Notes: generated by a model from the letters alone, not told the origin. A DNA stretch of 64,000 nucleotides from Alphaproteobacteria bacterium (GCA_964291395.2 OZ219858.1:320001-384000), one strand, 5' to 3'; numbered from the stretch's first letter, positions 51,813-62,474 are shown. Numbers and translations are program-made.

Positions 51813-52568
51813 ATGAGCGAGTCCGGCGGAGACCGCTACATGCTCGAAATGCAAGGTGTCGGCAAATGGTTCGGCAATTTCTGCGCGCTATACGACATCG
51901 ATCTGCAGGTCCGTCCCGGCGAGAAGGTCGTCGTGTGCGGACCGTCCGGATCCGGCAAATCGACGATGATCCGCTGCGTGAACCGCCTTGAGGAACATCA
52001 GGCCGGACACATCTTCGTCGATGGGACCGAACTGACCGATGACACGAAGAACATCGAGTTGATTCGCCGCGAAGTGGGCATGGTGTTTCAGCACTTCAAC
52101 CTCTTTCCTCATCTGTCGGTGAGGCGCAATTTGACCCTCGGCCCCATTCGCAACCTCAACCTTTCGAAGAACGAGGCGGATGAACGCGCCATGCACTATC
52201 TCGAGCGCGTTCGCATCGCGGAACAGGCGGACAAGTTCCCGAGCCAGTTGTCGGGCGGCCAGCAGCAGCGCGTCGCCATCGCCCGCGCGCTCTGCATGCG
52301 GCCCAAGCTGATGCTGTTCGACGAGCCGACCTCCGCCCTGGATCCCGAAATGATCTCGGGCGTGCTGGAGGTGATGGTCGAACTGGCGCAAGACGGGATG
52401 ACGATGGTGTGCGTCACCCATGAAATGGGGTTCGCGAGACAGGTCGCCGACAGAATGGTCTTCATGGACTCGGGAGAAATCGTCGAGGTGGCACCGCCTG
52501 ATCGATTCTTCTCCGATCCCGAGACCGAGCGCACCAAGCTCTTCCTCAGCCAGATCCTGTCCCACTGA
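51813..52568 (+). CDS. Polar amino-acid ABC transporter ATPase
   Basis: [43 protein letters not shown]. Confidence 0.95.
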   Translation: MSESGGDRYMLEMQGVGKWFGNFCALYDIDLQVRPGEKVVVCGPSGSGKSTMIRCVNRLEEHQAGHIFVDGTELTDDTKNIELIRREVGMVFQHFNLFPHLSVRRNLTLGPIRNLNLSKNEADERAMHYLERVRIAEQADKFPSQLSGGQQQRVAIARALCMRPKLMLFDEPTSALDPEMISGVLEVMVELAQDGMTMVCVTHEMGFARQVADRMVFMDSGEIVEVAPPDRFFSDPETERTKLFLSQILSH

Positions 52569-52645
52569 AGCTCGAGGCATTTTGTTATAAAAATTCTTAC
52601 ATCTAGACAGCACTATCATGCTGAAATGTTATATAAATCTGGAGC

Positions 52646-53899
52646 ATGAGACAGCGGTATTCGATCTTTTCGCTGGCGCGCAATGCCCTCGGCTTCCATC
52701 GCAACTGGCAACGGGTCTGGCGAACCCCGCCGCTCAGGGATGCCTATGACGTCGTCATCGTCGGGGCCGGAGGGCACGGACTGGCGGCCGCCTACTACCT
52801 CGCCCGCAATCACGGCGTGACCGACGTCGCGGTGCTGGACCGCGGCTGGCTCGGCGGCGGCAACATCGCCCGCAACACCGTCACGATACGGTCCAACTAC
52901 CTGCGCGACGAGAGCATCCCGTTCTTCGTGAAGTCGGTCGAACTCTACAAGGGACTGAGCCGGGAACTGAACTACAACCTCATGTTCAGCCAGCGCGGCA
53001 TGATCGACGTGGTCCAGACATACCCGAGGCTGCGCGACCTGACGCGGCGCATGCTGGCAATGGACATCCACGGGTCCACCTACAGGCGCATCAGCGTCGC
53101 GGAGATCCGCCGCCGAATCCCGCCACTCACCGGCGGCGGCCCGGATGCCCGGATGCCCGTCATCGCGGGCATGGTACATCCGGATGCCGCCGTCGCCCGT
53201 CACGACGCGGTTGCCTGGGGACTGGCACGCGCCGCCGACAGTTACGGGGTCGCGCTTCATCAGAACACGCCGGTCAGATCCCTGCTGCGGGGGCCGCACG
53301 GCGGGATCTCGGGCGTGGAGACGGAAAGGGGAACGATTCGGGCGAACAAGGTCGCAGTTGCCGTGTCGGGCCATACCACCACGATCACGGAGACGGCGGG
53401 GCTCCGCCTGCCGCTAAAGTCCTACAACCTGTCAGCCTTCGTGTCCGAGCCGGTCAAGCCTCTCATCGACGTGGTCGTGAACTGCCCGGACATCGGCGTC
53501 TATCTGAGCCAATCCGACAAGGGAGAACTGGTCGTCGGAGGCGAGACCGATCCGCAGCAATCTTTCCGCCGCGGCATCAAGGAAGCGGTTTTTGAAGACA
53601 CCGTGGCGGCCATGCTCGACCTCTTCCCCAGTTTCAAGCGCCTGAAGCTGTTACGGCAATGGGGCGGTTGCCTGGATTTCGCCCACGACGCCAGCCCGAT
53701 CGTCTCCGCCACCGATATCCCCGGCCTCTTCGTCAGCGCGGGCTGGTGGGGCGGCTTCAAGGCGGTGCCCGCCGGCGGACTGACGCTCGCCCACCTCATC
53801 GCCACCGGCCGGCCGCACCCCCTGATCGAGCCGTTCTCACTGAAGCGCTTCGAGCGCCTGGAGTTCATCCTCGAGTCCGGCACGACATCGACGCGGTGA
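52646..53899 (+). CDS. soxB: Sarcosine oxidase beta-subunit family (divergent)
   Basis: GAGGHGLAAAYYLA, GGGNIARNTVTIRSNY, ARHDAVAWG, GGFKAVP. Confidence 0.85.
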   Translation: MRQRYSIFSLARNALGFHRNWQRVWRTPPLRDAYDVVIVGAGGHGLAAAYYLARNHGVTDVAVLDRGWLGGGNIARNTVTIRSNYLRDESIPFFVKSVELYKGLSRELNYNLMFSQRGMIDVVQTYPRLRDLTRRMLAMDIHGSTYRRISVAEIRRRIPPLTGGGPDARMPVIAGMVHPDAAVARHDAVAWGLARAADSYGVALHQNTPVRSLLRGPHGGISGVETERGTIRANKVAVAVSGHTTTITETAGLRLPLKSYNLSAFVSEPVKPLIDVVVNCPDIGVYLSQSDKGELVVGGETDPQQSFRRGIKEAVFEDTVAAMLDLFPSFKRLKLLRQWGGCLDFAHDASPIVSATDIPGLFVSAGWWGGFKAVPAGGLTLAHLIATGRPHPLIEPFSLKRFERLEFILESGTTSTR

Positions 53900-53940
53900 A
53901 TGGCTGGCCGACGAGCCCGGTAGTTCGACATGAGAAGACG

Positions 53941-54213
53941 ATGCTGACCATTCCCTGTCCCTGGTGCGGAGACCGGCACGAGAGCGAGTTCTTCTGCGGC
54001 GGCGCGTACGAAAAGGCGCGGCCGGCGCGGCCGGAAACGCTGTCCGACGAGGCCTGGGTCGACTACGTCACCGTTTCCCCGAATCCGGCGGGACCCCTGG
54101 TGGAGCGATGGTGGCACCAGCGCGGCTGTGGTCTCTGGTTCTTCCTTGAGCGCGACACGCTGACACACGACATCCGGCCGCTCTCCGATGGTGAGGATCA
54201 TGAGCCGCGTTGA
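53941..54213 (+). CDS. soxD: Sarcosine oxidase delta-subunit family
   Basis: MLTIPCPWCGDR.ESEF...WWHQRGC (C3H zinc site). Confidence 0.88.
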   Translation: MLTIPCPWCGDRHESEFFCGGAYEKARPARPETLSDEAWVDYVTVSPNPAGPLVERWWHQRGCGLWFFLERDTLTHDIRPLSDGEDHEPR

Positions 54214-57148
54214 CCGCGGTTCGGCGCCCGGCGCGCTGATCGACCGTGACAGCCCTCTTCGGTTCACCTTCAACGACCGGACGTATACCGGATACCGGGG
54301 CGACACCCTGGCGTCGGCCCTGTTGGCCAACGGGATCAGCCTGACGGGGCGAAGTTTCAAATATCACCGGCCGCGCGGCATTCAGGGCGCAGGGTACGAG
54401 GAGCCGGCCACACTCGTCCAACTCTCCGGCGGCGAAGACGCGACGAACTGGCCGGTCACCAGGGTCCCTCTCTCCGCCGGCCTCGCGGCATCGAGCGTCA
54501 ACTGCTGGCCTTCGCCCGACTTCGACGTGGGTGCCGTCGCCCAGGCCTTCTCGCGGCTCCTGCCTGCCGGCTTCTACTACAAGACCTTCATGTGGCCGAA
54601 CTGGCATCTGTTCGAGCCGGCCATCCGCCGCGCCGCCGGCCTGGGCCATGCGCCCACGTTCGAACCGGAGCATCTCCGCTACGAGACGCGTTTCCATCAC
54701 TGCGACGTGCTGGTGATCGGGGCGGGACCGGCGGGCCTGATGGCGGCTCTGGCCGCCGGACGGAGCGGCGCGCGCGTCCTGCTGGTCGACGACGACACCA
54801 CGATCGGCGGCCGTCTCCATGCCGACGGGGATCTCGTCGACGGCCGCCCGGCGTCCGACTGGCTGAAGGATGTCGCAGCGGACCTCGAAGCGACGGGCAC
54901 CGTACGCCGTCTGAGCGATGCGACGGCGTGGGCCCACCATGAGCACAACTTCGTCATGGTGACCCAGCGCAGTCCGTGCCCGGCACACGTCTTTCAGCGT
55001 ACCTGGCGGGTCCGTGCCCGGCAGGTCGTGATCGCCACGGGTGCCATCGAGCGCCCCATGGTGTTCGCGAACAACGACCGGCCCGGAATCATGCTGGCGT
55101 CGGCGGCATGCTGCTACGTGAACCGCTACGCCGTGCGCCCGGGCAAGAGCACGGTGGTGTTCACGAACAACGACAGCGCCTGGCACGCGGCGTTCGATCT
55201 GCACGCCGCCGGGATCGCGGTACGCGGACTCGTGGACGTGCGCCCGCAAATCCCCGCCTCGCTCCTGAAGCGCGCCAGCTCGGCCGGGATCGTCGCGCAC
55301 ACCGGGGCGGTCGTGCAGGAGGCCCTGGGCGGGAGGCACCTCAGGGCGGTGCGGATCGCCTCCCGCGGAGACGGTCGGAAAACGACAATCGACTGCGATC
55401 TCCTGTGCACCTCCGGCGGCTGGAACCCGACCGTTCATCTCTATTCCCAGTCACGGGGTAGACTGCGCTACGACCCGAACCTGGCGGCCTTCGTACCCGG
55501 CGAGGCGCGCCAGGGCACCATTCCCGCGGGCAGCGCCAACGGCGCCTTCGGTCTCGGCGGCTGCCTGGCGGAAGGCCGTGACGCCGGCCATGCCGCGGCG
55601 GAGCGCTGCGGCTTCGCGCCCGCCGCCATGGACCTGCCGGTGGTATCGGACCCCCCCTATCGAATCGAGGCGTACTGGGGCGTCGAGTCCTTCGGATCGG
55701 CAAAGAAGGCCTTCGTCGACATCCAGAACGACGTCACCGTATCCGATCTGGAGTTGGCCGTGCGCGAGGGCTTCGGCGCCGTCGAACACGCCAAGCGCTA
55801 TACCACGGCCGGCATGGGCGTCGATCAGGGCAAGACGGGCAACGTCAACGCCATCGGGCTGCTCGCCGCGCTGAACGGGGACGACCCGGGCGCCGTCGGA
55901 ACCACGACCTTCCGGCCGCCGTACGTGCCCGTCGAGTTCGGCGCCGTCGCCGGGCATCGGCCGGGATCGCTGCTCCTGCCCTACCGGCACACGCCCATGA
56001 CCCGCTGGCACAAGGAACGGGGCGCGGTGATGTACGAGGCGGGAGCCCGCTGGCGGCGTCCCGGATTCTATCCCCGGGCCGGGGAGACCATGGAGCAGGC
56101 CGTAACCCGCGAGGCGGCCGCGGTTCGCAACGGTCTGGGCATATACGACGGTTCGCCCCTCGGAAAGTTCGACATCCGCGGCCCGGACGCGGTGAAACTC
56201 CTCGACTTCGTCTACACCAACGACTGGGACGATCTCGGACCGGACCGGGGTCGTTACGGGATCATGCTGAGCGACGACGGTCTGATCCTGGACGACGGCG
56301 TCACGTTCAAGCTGGCCGATGACCACTATCTCATGACGACGTCGACCGCCAACGCCGACATGGTCTACCGGATGCTGGAGGGGCTTCTCCAGACCGACAG
56401 GCCCGACTGGCGGGTGGCGGTCACGCCCGTCACCGAGCACTGGGCCAACGCCACCGTCTGCGGACCGAAGGCCCGCGAATTCATGCGGACGGTCGGCACC
56501 GATATTGACCTGGACGGCGATGACTTCCCCTTCATGAGCATGCGCGTGGGCCGGGTCGCCAACCTCCCGGCACGCATGTTCCGGGTGAGCTACACCGGCG
56601 AACTCAGTTTCGAGATCAACGTCCCCGCTGGCCGCGGGCTCCAGCTATGGGAGTCCCTGATCGAGGCGGGACGGGCGTTCAGCATCACCCCCATCGGATC
56701 GGAAGCCAACCACCTGCTGCGCGTCGAAAAGGGCTTCCTGTCCCCGGGTCATGAGGTCGACGGCACGGCCGACCCGTACGACCTGGGGCTGGGCTGGATC
56801 GTCTCCGGCAAGAAACCCGACTTCATCGGCAAGCGGGCCCTGGAGATCCGCCGCGCCAGCGGCGGGCCGCGCCGCGAGCTCGTGGGCCTGCTGACCGCAG
56901 ACCCGCACGAGATCGTGCCCGAGGGAAGCCCCATCACCCCCGGCGGGCGGAAGGAAGCGAGCGAGGGATTCGTCTCGGCCTGCGTCATGAGTGTGGCGCG
57001 AGGCCGGTCGGTGGCCCTCGCGCTCTTGCGTGACGGCCGCGCGCGGATAGGCCAGACGGTCTCGATCCGCGTCAAGAAGGACCTCGTGCGCGCAGCGGTG
57101 ACGAAGCCGGTGTTTTACGATCCCACGGGCGAGAGGCTGCGGAGCTGA
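54200..57148 (+). CDS. soxA: Sarcosine oxidase alpha-subunit family
   Basis: GDTLASALLANG, RSFKYHRPRG, GFYYKTFM, KRYTTAGMGVDQGK, TTFRPPY, GcvT-like C-terminus SYTGELSFEI. Confidence 0.92.
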   Translation: MSRVDRGSAPGALIDRDSPLRFTFNDRTYTGYRGDTLASALLANGISLTGRSFKYHRPRGIQGAGYEEPATLVQLSGGEDATNWPVTRVPLSAGLAASSVNCWPSPDFDVGAVAQAFSRLLPAGFYYKTFMWPNWHLFEPAIRRAAGLGHAPTFEPEHLRYETRFHHCDVLVIGAGPAGLMAALAAGRSGARVLLVDDDTTIGGRLHADGDLVDGRPASDWLKDVAADLEATGTVRRLSDATAWAHHEHNFVMVTQRSPCPAHVFQRTWRVRARQVVIATGAIERPMVFANNDRPGIMLASAACCYVNRYAVRPGKSTVVFTNNDSAWHAAFDLHAAGIAVRGLVDVRPQIPASLLKRASSAGIVAHTGAVVQEALGGRHLRAVRIASRGDGRKTTIDCDLLCTSGGWNPTVHLYSQSRGRLRYDPNLAAFVPGEARQGTIPAGSANGAFGLGGCLAEGRDAGHAAAERCGFAPAAMDLPVVSDPPYRIEAYWGVESFGSAKKAFVDIQNDVTVSDLELAVREGFGAVEHAKRYTTAGMGVDQGKTGNVNAIGLLAALNGDDPGAVGTTTFRPPYVPVEFGAVAGHRPGSLLLPYRHTPMTRWHKERGAVMYEAGARWRRPGFYPRAGETMEQAVTREAAAVRNGLGIYDGSPLGKFDIRGPDAVKLLDFVYTNDWDDLGPDRGRYGIMLSDDGLILDDGVTFKLADDHYLMTTSTANADMVYRMLEGLLQTDRPDWRVAVTPVTEHWANATVCGPKAREFMRTVGTDIDLDGDDFPFMSMRVGRVANLPARMFRVSYTGELSFEINVPAGRGLQLWESLIEAGRAFSITPIGSEANHLLRVEKGFLSPGHEVDGTADPYDLGLGWIVSGKKPDFIGKRALEIRRASGGPRRELVGLLTADPHEIVPEGSPITPGGRKEASEGFVSACVMSVARGRSVALALLRDGRARIGQTVSIRVKKDLVRAAVTKPVFYDPTGERLRS

Positions 57149-57149
57149 C

Positions 57150-57668
57150 ATGTCCTACCGGGTGGAGGTCTCGCGTCGGCCGGGCTGCACGCTGTTCGAC
57201 CTACGAGGTTCCGCAGGGGGCGCCGACACCCTCTTCAAGCACCTGCGGACGGCAGTGCCCGTGCGGCCGAACACGGTCAGGGTGAGCGACGCTCGGGCCG
57301 TGTACTGGGTGGGGCCGGAGCGCTGGCTCCTGCGCGAGGAACACGGGCTCCCGGCCGGCTCCCCCGGCATGGCGTCCCCCGCCCTCCCGGCGGGCGACAC
57401 GATGCCCCTGAATGTCTCGGCAGTCGACGTTTCGGATGCCTACGTCCGTTTCTCCGTCGCCGGCCCGGACGCCCTCGACGTCATGTCGCAAGCCACGCCG
57501 CTGGACCTCAGCCCCGGCACGTTTCCCGACGGCAGCGCCAGCTACACCGAGTTCTTCGGCACCACCGCCCTCACGGAATGCGTGTCCGCCGGCACTTCGT
57601 TCGTCGTGTTCGTCGAACGCAGCTACGCGGACTACGTGGAGGCGTGCCTTCGCCGGGCCGCCGGATGA
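57150..57668 (+). CDS. soxG: Sarcosine oxidase gamma-subunit family
   Basis: WVGPERWLL, VDVSDAY, GPDALDVM...PLDL, RSYADY. Confidence 0.85.
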   Translation: MSYRVEVSRRPGCTLFDLRGSAGGADTLFKHLRTAVPVRPNTVRVSDARAVYWVGPERWLLREEHGLPAGSPGMASPALPAGDTMPLNVSAVDVSDAYVRFSVAGPDALDVMSQATPLDLSPGTFPDGSASYTEFFGTTALTECVSAGTSFVVFVERSYADYVEACLRRAAG

Positions 57669-57701
57669 GTTCGCCGATACGATCCGCCAAACTTCGCGCC
57701 T

Positions 57702-58539
57702 TCAAGTGAACCGCACCCTGGCCTGACTGAGACCGGTCAAGTCCACCATGACCGATGCCGGCGTATCGAAGAACACCGTCTGAACCACACTCCCCAACAT
57801 GACGAAGGTTCCGGCACGCAAGGGCCTGCCCATGCCGGCCCGGTGGTCCGGCACGCAAGGGCCTGCCCATGCCGGCCCGGTGGTTGGCAAGCCACGCCAA
57901 GGCTTCGAGCGGATCGCCGAGAATGTCGGCGCCGAGACCCGACGCGCGCTCCTCGCCATCGATCCAGAGCGTACCGCGGACCGCCTTCAGATCCAGGCCG
58001 CGCCAGTCGGTTTGCTCGGCTCCGAGAACGACGCCGGCATTGAAAAAATCGTCCCCGATGAGAACCGGCGCGGAGAGAGCCGAGTAGTCTTCGTAGCGAT
58101 CATCGACCAGCTCGATCGCCCCCATGAGCGCCGAAACCGCTTCGCTCACCGTGTCACGCGAATAGGGTGCCCGCTCGGCCGAGAGATCGGCGCCGAGTCG
58201 GGCCGCGATCTCGCACTCGACGCCGATCCGATGGAACCGCGACAACGGCAGTTCGACGCTCTCGTGAAAGGTCATGCCGTCGAACACCTCGCCGGCACAC
58301 GGGTGATCGATTTCCAGAAACGCCTGCATGACCGGCGTGGTGCAACCGATCTTGTGCCCCGCCGGCCGGCCGTGTCCCGCCTCTTGAAGGAGTCCGTGCA
58401 AGGCCGCCTGGATCGCGTAGCCCTCCGCTTCCGTCCGCGGCGTGAGATGAGCCGGCGGCGCCGGGGTCGGCCTACCGCCGAGGCGGGCCTGAGCCATAAA
58501 GTCTGCCGCAGCGGCAATCCGGGTTTCGTCGAGAGTCAT
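57702..58539 (-). pseudogene. 2-keto-4-pentenoate hydratase / FAH-superfamily protein, frameshifted by a 37-bp tandem duplication
   Basis: GHKIGCT, GVECEIA, AIELVDDR, GDPLEALAWLAN; true C-terminus (LRAGTFVMLGS...VRFT*) lies in another frame ending at 57702. Confidence 0.85.
57810..57883. repeat. Perfect 37-bp tandem duplication
   Basis: TCCGGCACGCAAGGGCCTGCCCATGCCGGCCCGGTGG x2. Confidence 0.95.
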
Positions 58540-58647
58540 GCCTGGTCGTTCGATTCGTCCGACGGAGCCGATCCATCAAGATGAAACCTCACCATACCCA
58601 TGGCCCGACCCCTTTCGCGCCACGTCGCGAAGCTCGGCCGCCGTCGG

Positions 58648-59196
58648 TCATGGGGCCAGGCCGGCCTCGGCACGCATGCGAAAAATCGGATCGTTCCGGT
58701 TTCGCTGCAATTCCGCCCATTCCGGTTTGAGCGGTGGGATATCGCTGCGTTGCAGCCTCAGCGCCTCGAAGACGACGACGCGGTCGGCGATCCGCCAGGC
58801 ACCGTCCCGCCGCTCGACGCGATCGACATAGCGCCCGAACTGGGACATTTGCATGGGCTGTGAGCCGTCTCCCGTACCGTAGGCCTCCTGTGCTTCGGGC
58901 CCCAACGTGTGGGCCGTCACGAAATAGGTCTCGACCACGGCGACATCGGAACCGGCGAATTCGATGAGGCAGTTTCCCAGGAAATGCACGCTCTGGAACA
59001 GAAGCCCGTTCCGTTCCCGAATGAAGTCGATCAAGCCGTCCACGTCGCCCTTGTAGTCGCCGTGGTCGTCGTGGGCGTCCTCGTGATAGACGCTCCGCAC
59101 TCCCTCCCAGTCCCCTCGGTCGACAGCACGGGCATAGCGCGCCATCAGGTCGCGAATCTCCTCGCGATCGATCAGTCGTTGCAGTGATTCTTGCAT
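58648..59196 (-). CDS. SnoaL/NTF2-like domain protein
   Basis: DREEIRDLMARYARAVDRGDW, YHEDAHDDHG, GRYVDRVERRDGAWRI. Confidence 0.88.
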   Translation of the reverse strand: MQESLQRLIDREEIRDLMARYARAVDRGDWEGVRSVYHEDAHDDHGDYKGDVDGLIDFIRERNGLLFQSVHFLGNCLIEFAGSDVAVVETYFVTAHTLGPEAQEAYGTGDGSQPMQMSQFGRYVDRVERRDGAWRIADRVVVFEALRLQRSDIPPLKPEWAELQRNRNDPIFRMRAEAGLAP

Positions 59197-59389
59197 GACG
59201 GCAATCCCCCTGCTCGTTCAGCCAAATCGAATCCATCGGCCATTGTAGACGAACGGTTTCCGTTCGGTTCGCGGCAGGCGCACGTGAAAACGGGATTTGG
59301 CGGCCGCTTCGCCCCCCCCCCCTGTCGGGTCCCGGTAATCTGTTCCAGCAGACGGTCACGCGTCAGATCGACTTTATGAAGAGGGTGCC

Positions 59390-60976
59390 CTAGTACCCGA
59401 GCGCACAGCCGTCCTTGCGCGGCTCGGAGCCGCCGGCCAGCGTACCGCGGTCCCAGTCGATCCAGATCGCCTGCCCCCCGCCGTGGGGCATGGCCACCCG
59501 TTCCGTCTCGTGGCCCAGCGCCTGGAGGCCCCGCTCGACGTCCTCGCCGATGCCGTGCTCGAGCAGATATTTGTCGCCGAAATGGAAGGCGCGGGGACAA
59601 TCGATGGCTGCCTGCACGTCCATGCCGTAATCCAGAATATTGGTGAGAAGGTGGGTGTGGCCGGTAGGCTGATACTGCCCGCCCATCACACCGTAGGGCA
59701 TGAGCACGCGTTCCCGTTCCGCCAGCATGCCCGGCATGATGGTGTGGAGCGGCCGCTTCCTCGGCGCGATACAGTTCGGGTGACCCAACTCCACCCGGAA
59801 ACCGGAGCCCCGGTTCTGCAGCATCACCCCGGTGTTGGGACTGAGCAGCCCGGTCCCGAACGCGTAGGACAGCGAATTGATGAACGAGATCGCGTTGCGG
59901 TCCGAGTCGACGACGCAGAGGTACACCGTATCCGGGGCCGTGGGCGGCCGGATCGACTTCAGGTCCATGGCCATGGCGGGATCGATCTCGGCGCGCAGCT
60001 CCGCAGCGAATTCCGCCGACAGGAGCCTGTCGAGCGGGACATCGACAAAGGCCGGATCTCCGACGTCGGTCTCACGCACGTTGTAGGCAAGGCGCGCCGC
60101 CTCCGCCTCGAGGTGGAATCGCTCGGCACCGAGCGGATCGAGTTCCGCAAGGTCGAAGCCCTCGATGACGTGAAGCATCAGCAGGGCGGTGACGCCCGGG
60201 TTGTTGGGGGGCACCTGATAGACGTCGAGTCCGCGGTAGCTGCCCTTGATCGGCGTAGTGTATTCCGACTCGTGCGCCGCGAAGTCTTCGAGGGTATGCA
60301 TCGCTCCGAGCGAATTCAGGTAGGTCACGATGTCCTCGGCGACGGTGCCGGTATAGAAGCCGTCCCGCCCGTCCCGAACGATGGTCTTCATGGTTTCTGC
60401 CAGCATCTCCTGGCGATGGACGTCGCCTTCCGCCAACGGCTTGCCTCCCGGCAGGAAAACGCTGGCCGACGTCGGATCCCGCGCGAGTTTTTCCGCGTTC
60501 GCCGCCCAGGCCTGGGCGACGCGGCCGTGGACGACGTAACCGTGTTCGGCGTAGTCGATTGCCGGCTGCAGGACTTCGTCGAATCCCATCGTGCCGTGGT
60601 CCGCGAGCAGCCGCGACCAGGCGTCGACCGCGCCCGGAACGGTAACCGCATGGGGGCTGAACAGCGGAATACCCGTAAAGCCATTGTCGAGATACCATTC
60701 CGCCGCCGCGGCCGCCGGCGCCCGGCCCGATCCGTTGATGGAGATGATGTCGGTCGTCCCGTGCGGCGCGAAGAGCGCGAAACAGTCGCCGCCGATTCCG
60801 GTGGAGTGCGGCTCCACGACGCCGAGAACGGCCGCGGCGGCGACTGCGGCATCGACGGCGTTGCCGCCGGCCCGAAGAACGTCGACTGCGGTCAAGGTCG
60901 CCGCCGGATGCGACGTCGCCGCCATGGCGTTGAGCGAGCGCACCGTCGATCGCCCGGATCGGTGAAAGTCGCGCAT
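59390..60976 (-). CDS. ggt: Gamma-glutamyltransferase family (Ntn hydrolase)
   Basis: GGNAVDAAVA, GIGGDCF, VTVPGAV, autocatalytic DTVYLCVVD, KRPLHTIMP, GVMGGQYQ. Confidence 0.92.
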   Translation of the reverse strand: MRDFHRSGRSTVRSLNAMAATSHPAATLTAVDVLRAGGNAVDAAVAAAAVLGVVEPHSTGIGGDCFALFAPHGTTDIISINGSGRAPAAAAAEWYLDNGFTGIPLFSPHAVTVPGAVDAWSRLLADHGTMGFDEVLQPAIDYAEHGYVVHGRVAQAWAANAEKLARDPTSASVFLPGGKPLAEGDVHRQEMLAETMKTIVRDGRDGFYTGTVAEDIVTYLNSLGAMHTLEDFAAHESEYTTPIKGSYRGLDVYQVPPNNPGVTALLMLHVIEGFDLAELDPLGAERFHLEAEAARLAYNVRETDVGDPAFVDVPLDRLLSAEFAAELRAEIDPAMAMDLKSIRPPTAPDTVYLCVVDSDRNAISFINSLSYAFGTGLLSPNTGVMLQNRGSGFRVELGHPNCIAPRKRPLHTIMPGMLAERERVLMPYGVMGGQYQPTGHTHLLTNILDYGMDVQAAIDCPRAFHFGDKYLLEHGIGEDVERGLQALGHETERVAMPHGGGQAIWIDWDRGTLAGGSEPRKDGCALGY

Positions 60977-61097
60977 GGGGTGGGTTTCCGCTTTGAGGCA
61001 CGCCCAGTATGCGCATCAGTCGCGGCCATGCAAACGGTCGCCCATGCACGCCGCCCGACGGCCCGACACCGATTGCGAACGAAAGTCGCGGACAGGC

Positions 61098-61925
61098 TTA
61101 TTCGAATGCCGTGAAGATCTCGGTCAGCTCCGCGAAGGTAGCTCCCTCGGTCATGAGGTCGAAGGTTCCCTCCTCGCGAATTTCCCGAGCTGCTTTCATG
61201 AGGGCGCCCAGTGCCACGCGGGAGGCCGCGGAGCCGATACTGACCCGACGCACGCCCGCCTCGGCGAGTTCGCCGATGCTGTAGGTCGCACCGGGCGTTC
61301 CCATCAACGCGTTGACCGGCCGTCCCACCGACGTGCAGACCGTTCGGATGGTCTCCAGATCGGGAAGCGCCGGCGCATAGAGCGCATCGGCTCCCGCCTG
61401 CTCGAACGCCTGCAATCGCGCAATGGTGTCGGAAAGATCGGGATTGCCCCGCAGAAAGTTCTCGCACCGCGCCGTGAGGATGAAGTCATGGGGAAGGCTT
61501 CGTGCGGCCTCCACCGCGGCCTCGATCCTGTCGACGGCGAGCGCGAACTCGTAGAGCGGCCGGTCGTTGCGGTTCGTGAAGTCCTCGATGGAGCAGCCGG
61601 CCAGCCCCGCCATGGCCGCCGCGCGGACCGTCTCGGCGGCACTTTCCGGCGAGTCGCCGAATCCCTTCTCCAGGTCGGCGGAAACGGGCAGATCGGTCGC
61701 CCCGACGATGTCGCGGCAGTTCGCGAGGGTCTGTTCCCGCGGCACCGCGCCGTCATCGACTCCGAGGGAAAATGCCAGTCCGGCGCTCGTCGTGGCCAGG
61801 GCCTCGAACCCCATGGAAGCGAGGATGCGGGCCGTGCCGACATCCCAGGGATTGGGGATGACGAAGATGCCATCCCGCTCGTGAAGCGCCCGGAAACGCT
61901 CGTAGACGCTTCTATCGCTCATCAC
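61098..61925 (-). CDS. Isocitrate lyase/PEP mutase family protein
   Basis: PNPWDVGTA, ATTSAG, PVSADLEKGFG, GCSIED, AGADALYAP. Confidence 0.9.
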   Translation of the reverse strand: MMSDRSVYERFRALHERDGIFVIPNPWDVGTARILASMGFEALATTSAGLAFSLGVDDGAVPREQTLANCRDIVGATDLPVSADLEKGFGDSPESAAETVRAAAMAGLAGCSIEDFTNRNDRPLYEFALAVDRIEAAVEAARSLPHDFILTARCENFLRGNPDLSDTIARLQAFEQAGADALYAPALPDLETIRTVCTSVGRPVNALMGTPGATYSIGELAEAGVRRVSIGSAASRVALGALMKAAREIREEGTFDLMTEGATFAELTEIFTAFE

Positions 61926-61973
61926 TTTCTCCCCCCTTGTATGTCCTGGAGATGGCCCTCGCGGCGTCCCGGC

Positions 61974-62348
61974 CTAATCGAGCAACTCGCTGTTGTCGAC
62001 CTTGGTGACCAGCACCAGGCAGCCTTCAGGCGTATCGGTGAAGTGGGTGGTCCCCGGTTCGTACATCACGTAGTCGCCCGGTCCGATCCGGGTCCCGTCG
62101 CTATCGACAATGCTTCCTTCGAGAACGAAGAACTCATCGTAGCCGCCGTGCTGGTGAAGAGGCCCCTTCGTGCCCGGGTCGAGCTTGAGGAGATAGCGTC
62201 CGCCGCGACCGAGCTTGGCGTCGGCGCTCAGCGGAAACCAGCTCATGCTCGGGATGCTCTTGCCGTCCCGTTCGTAAGGGAGAAACTCCTGACCACCGGT
62301 CGCAAAGATGTGCCGCATGGACGTATCGAGGGGGTTCTCTCTGGCCAT
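61974..62348 (-). CDS. ChrR-like cupin protein
   Basis: LLKLDPGTKGPLHQHGGYDEFFVLEG...GDYVMYEPGTTH. Confidence 0.85.
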   Translation of the reverse strand: MARENPLDTSMRHIFATGGQEFLPYERDGKSIPSMSWFPLSADAKLGRGGRYLLKLDPGTKGPLHQHGGYDEFFVLEGSIVDSDGTRIGPGDYVMYEPGTTHFTDTPEGCLVLVTKVDNSELLD

Positions 62349-62474
62349 CGCGCATCTCCTTCCGCCCCTGAGGGTCAATTCCGGTAAGATTGGCCGCACC
62401 ATTCAACCATATCGACGAAACATCCGCTGCAGAATCGGCAGTGCAACCCAAGCACCGTACCCGGTGAAACGTCC

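Noticed and set aside
59312-59322. Poly-C tract as phase-variation switch
   Set aside because: Intergenic, and no promoter elements could be placed around it; may be a sequencing homopolymer
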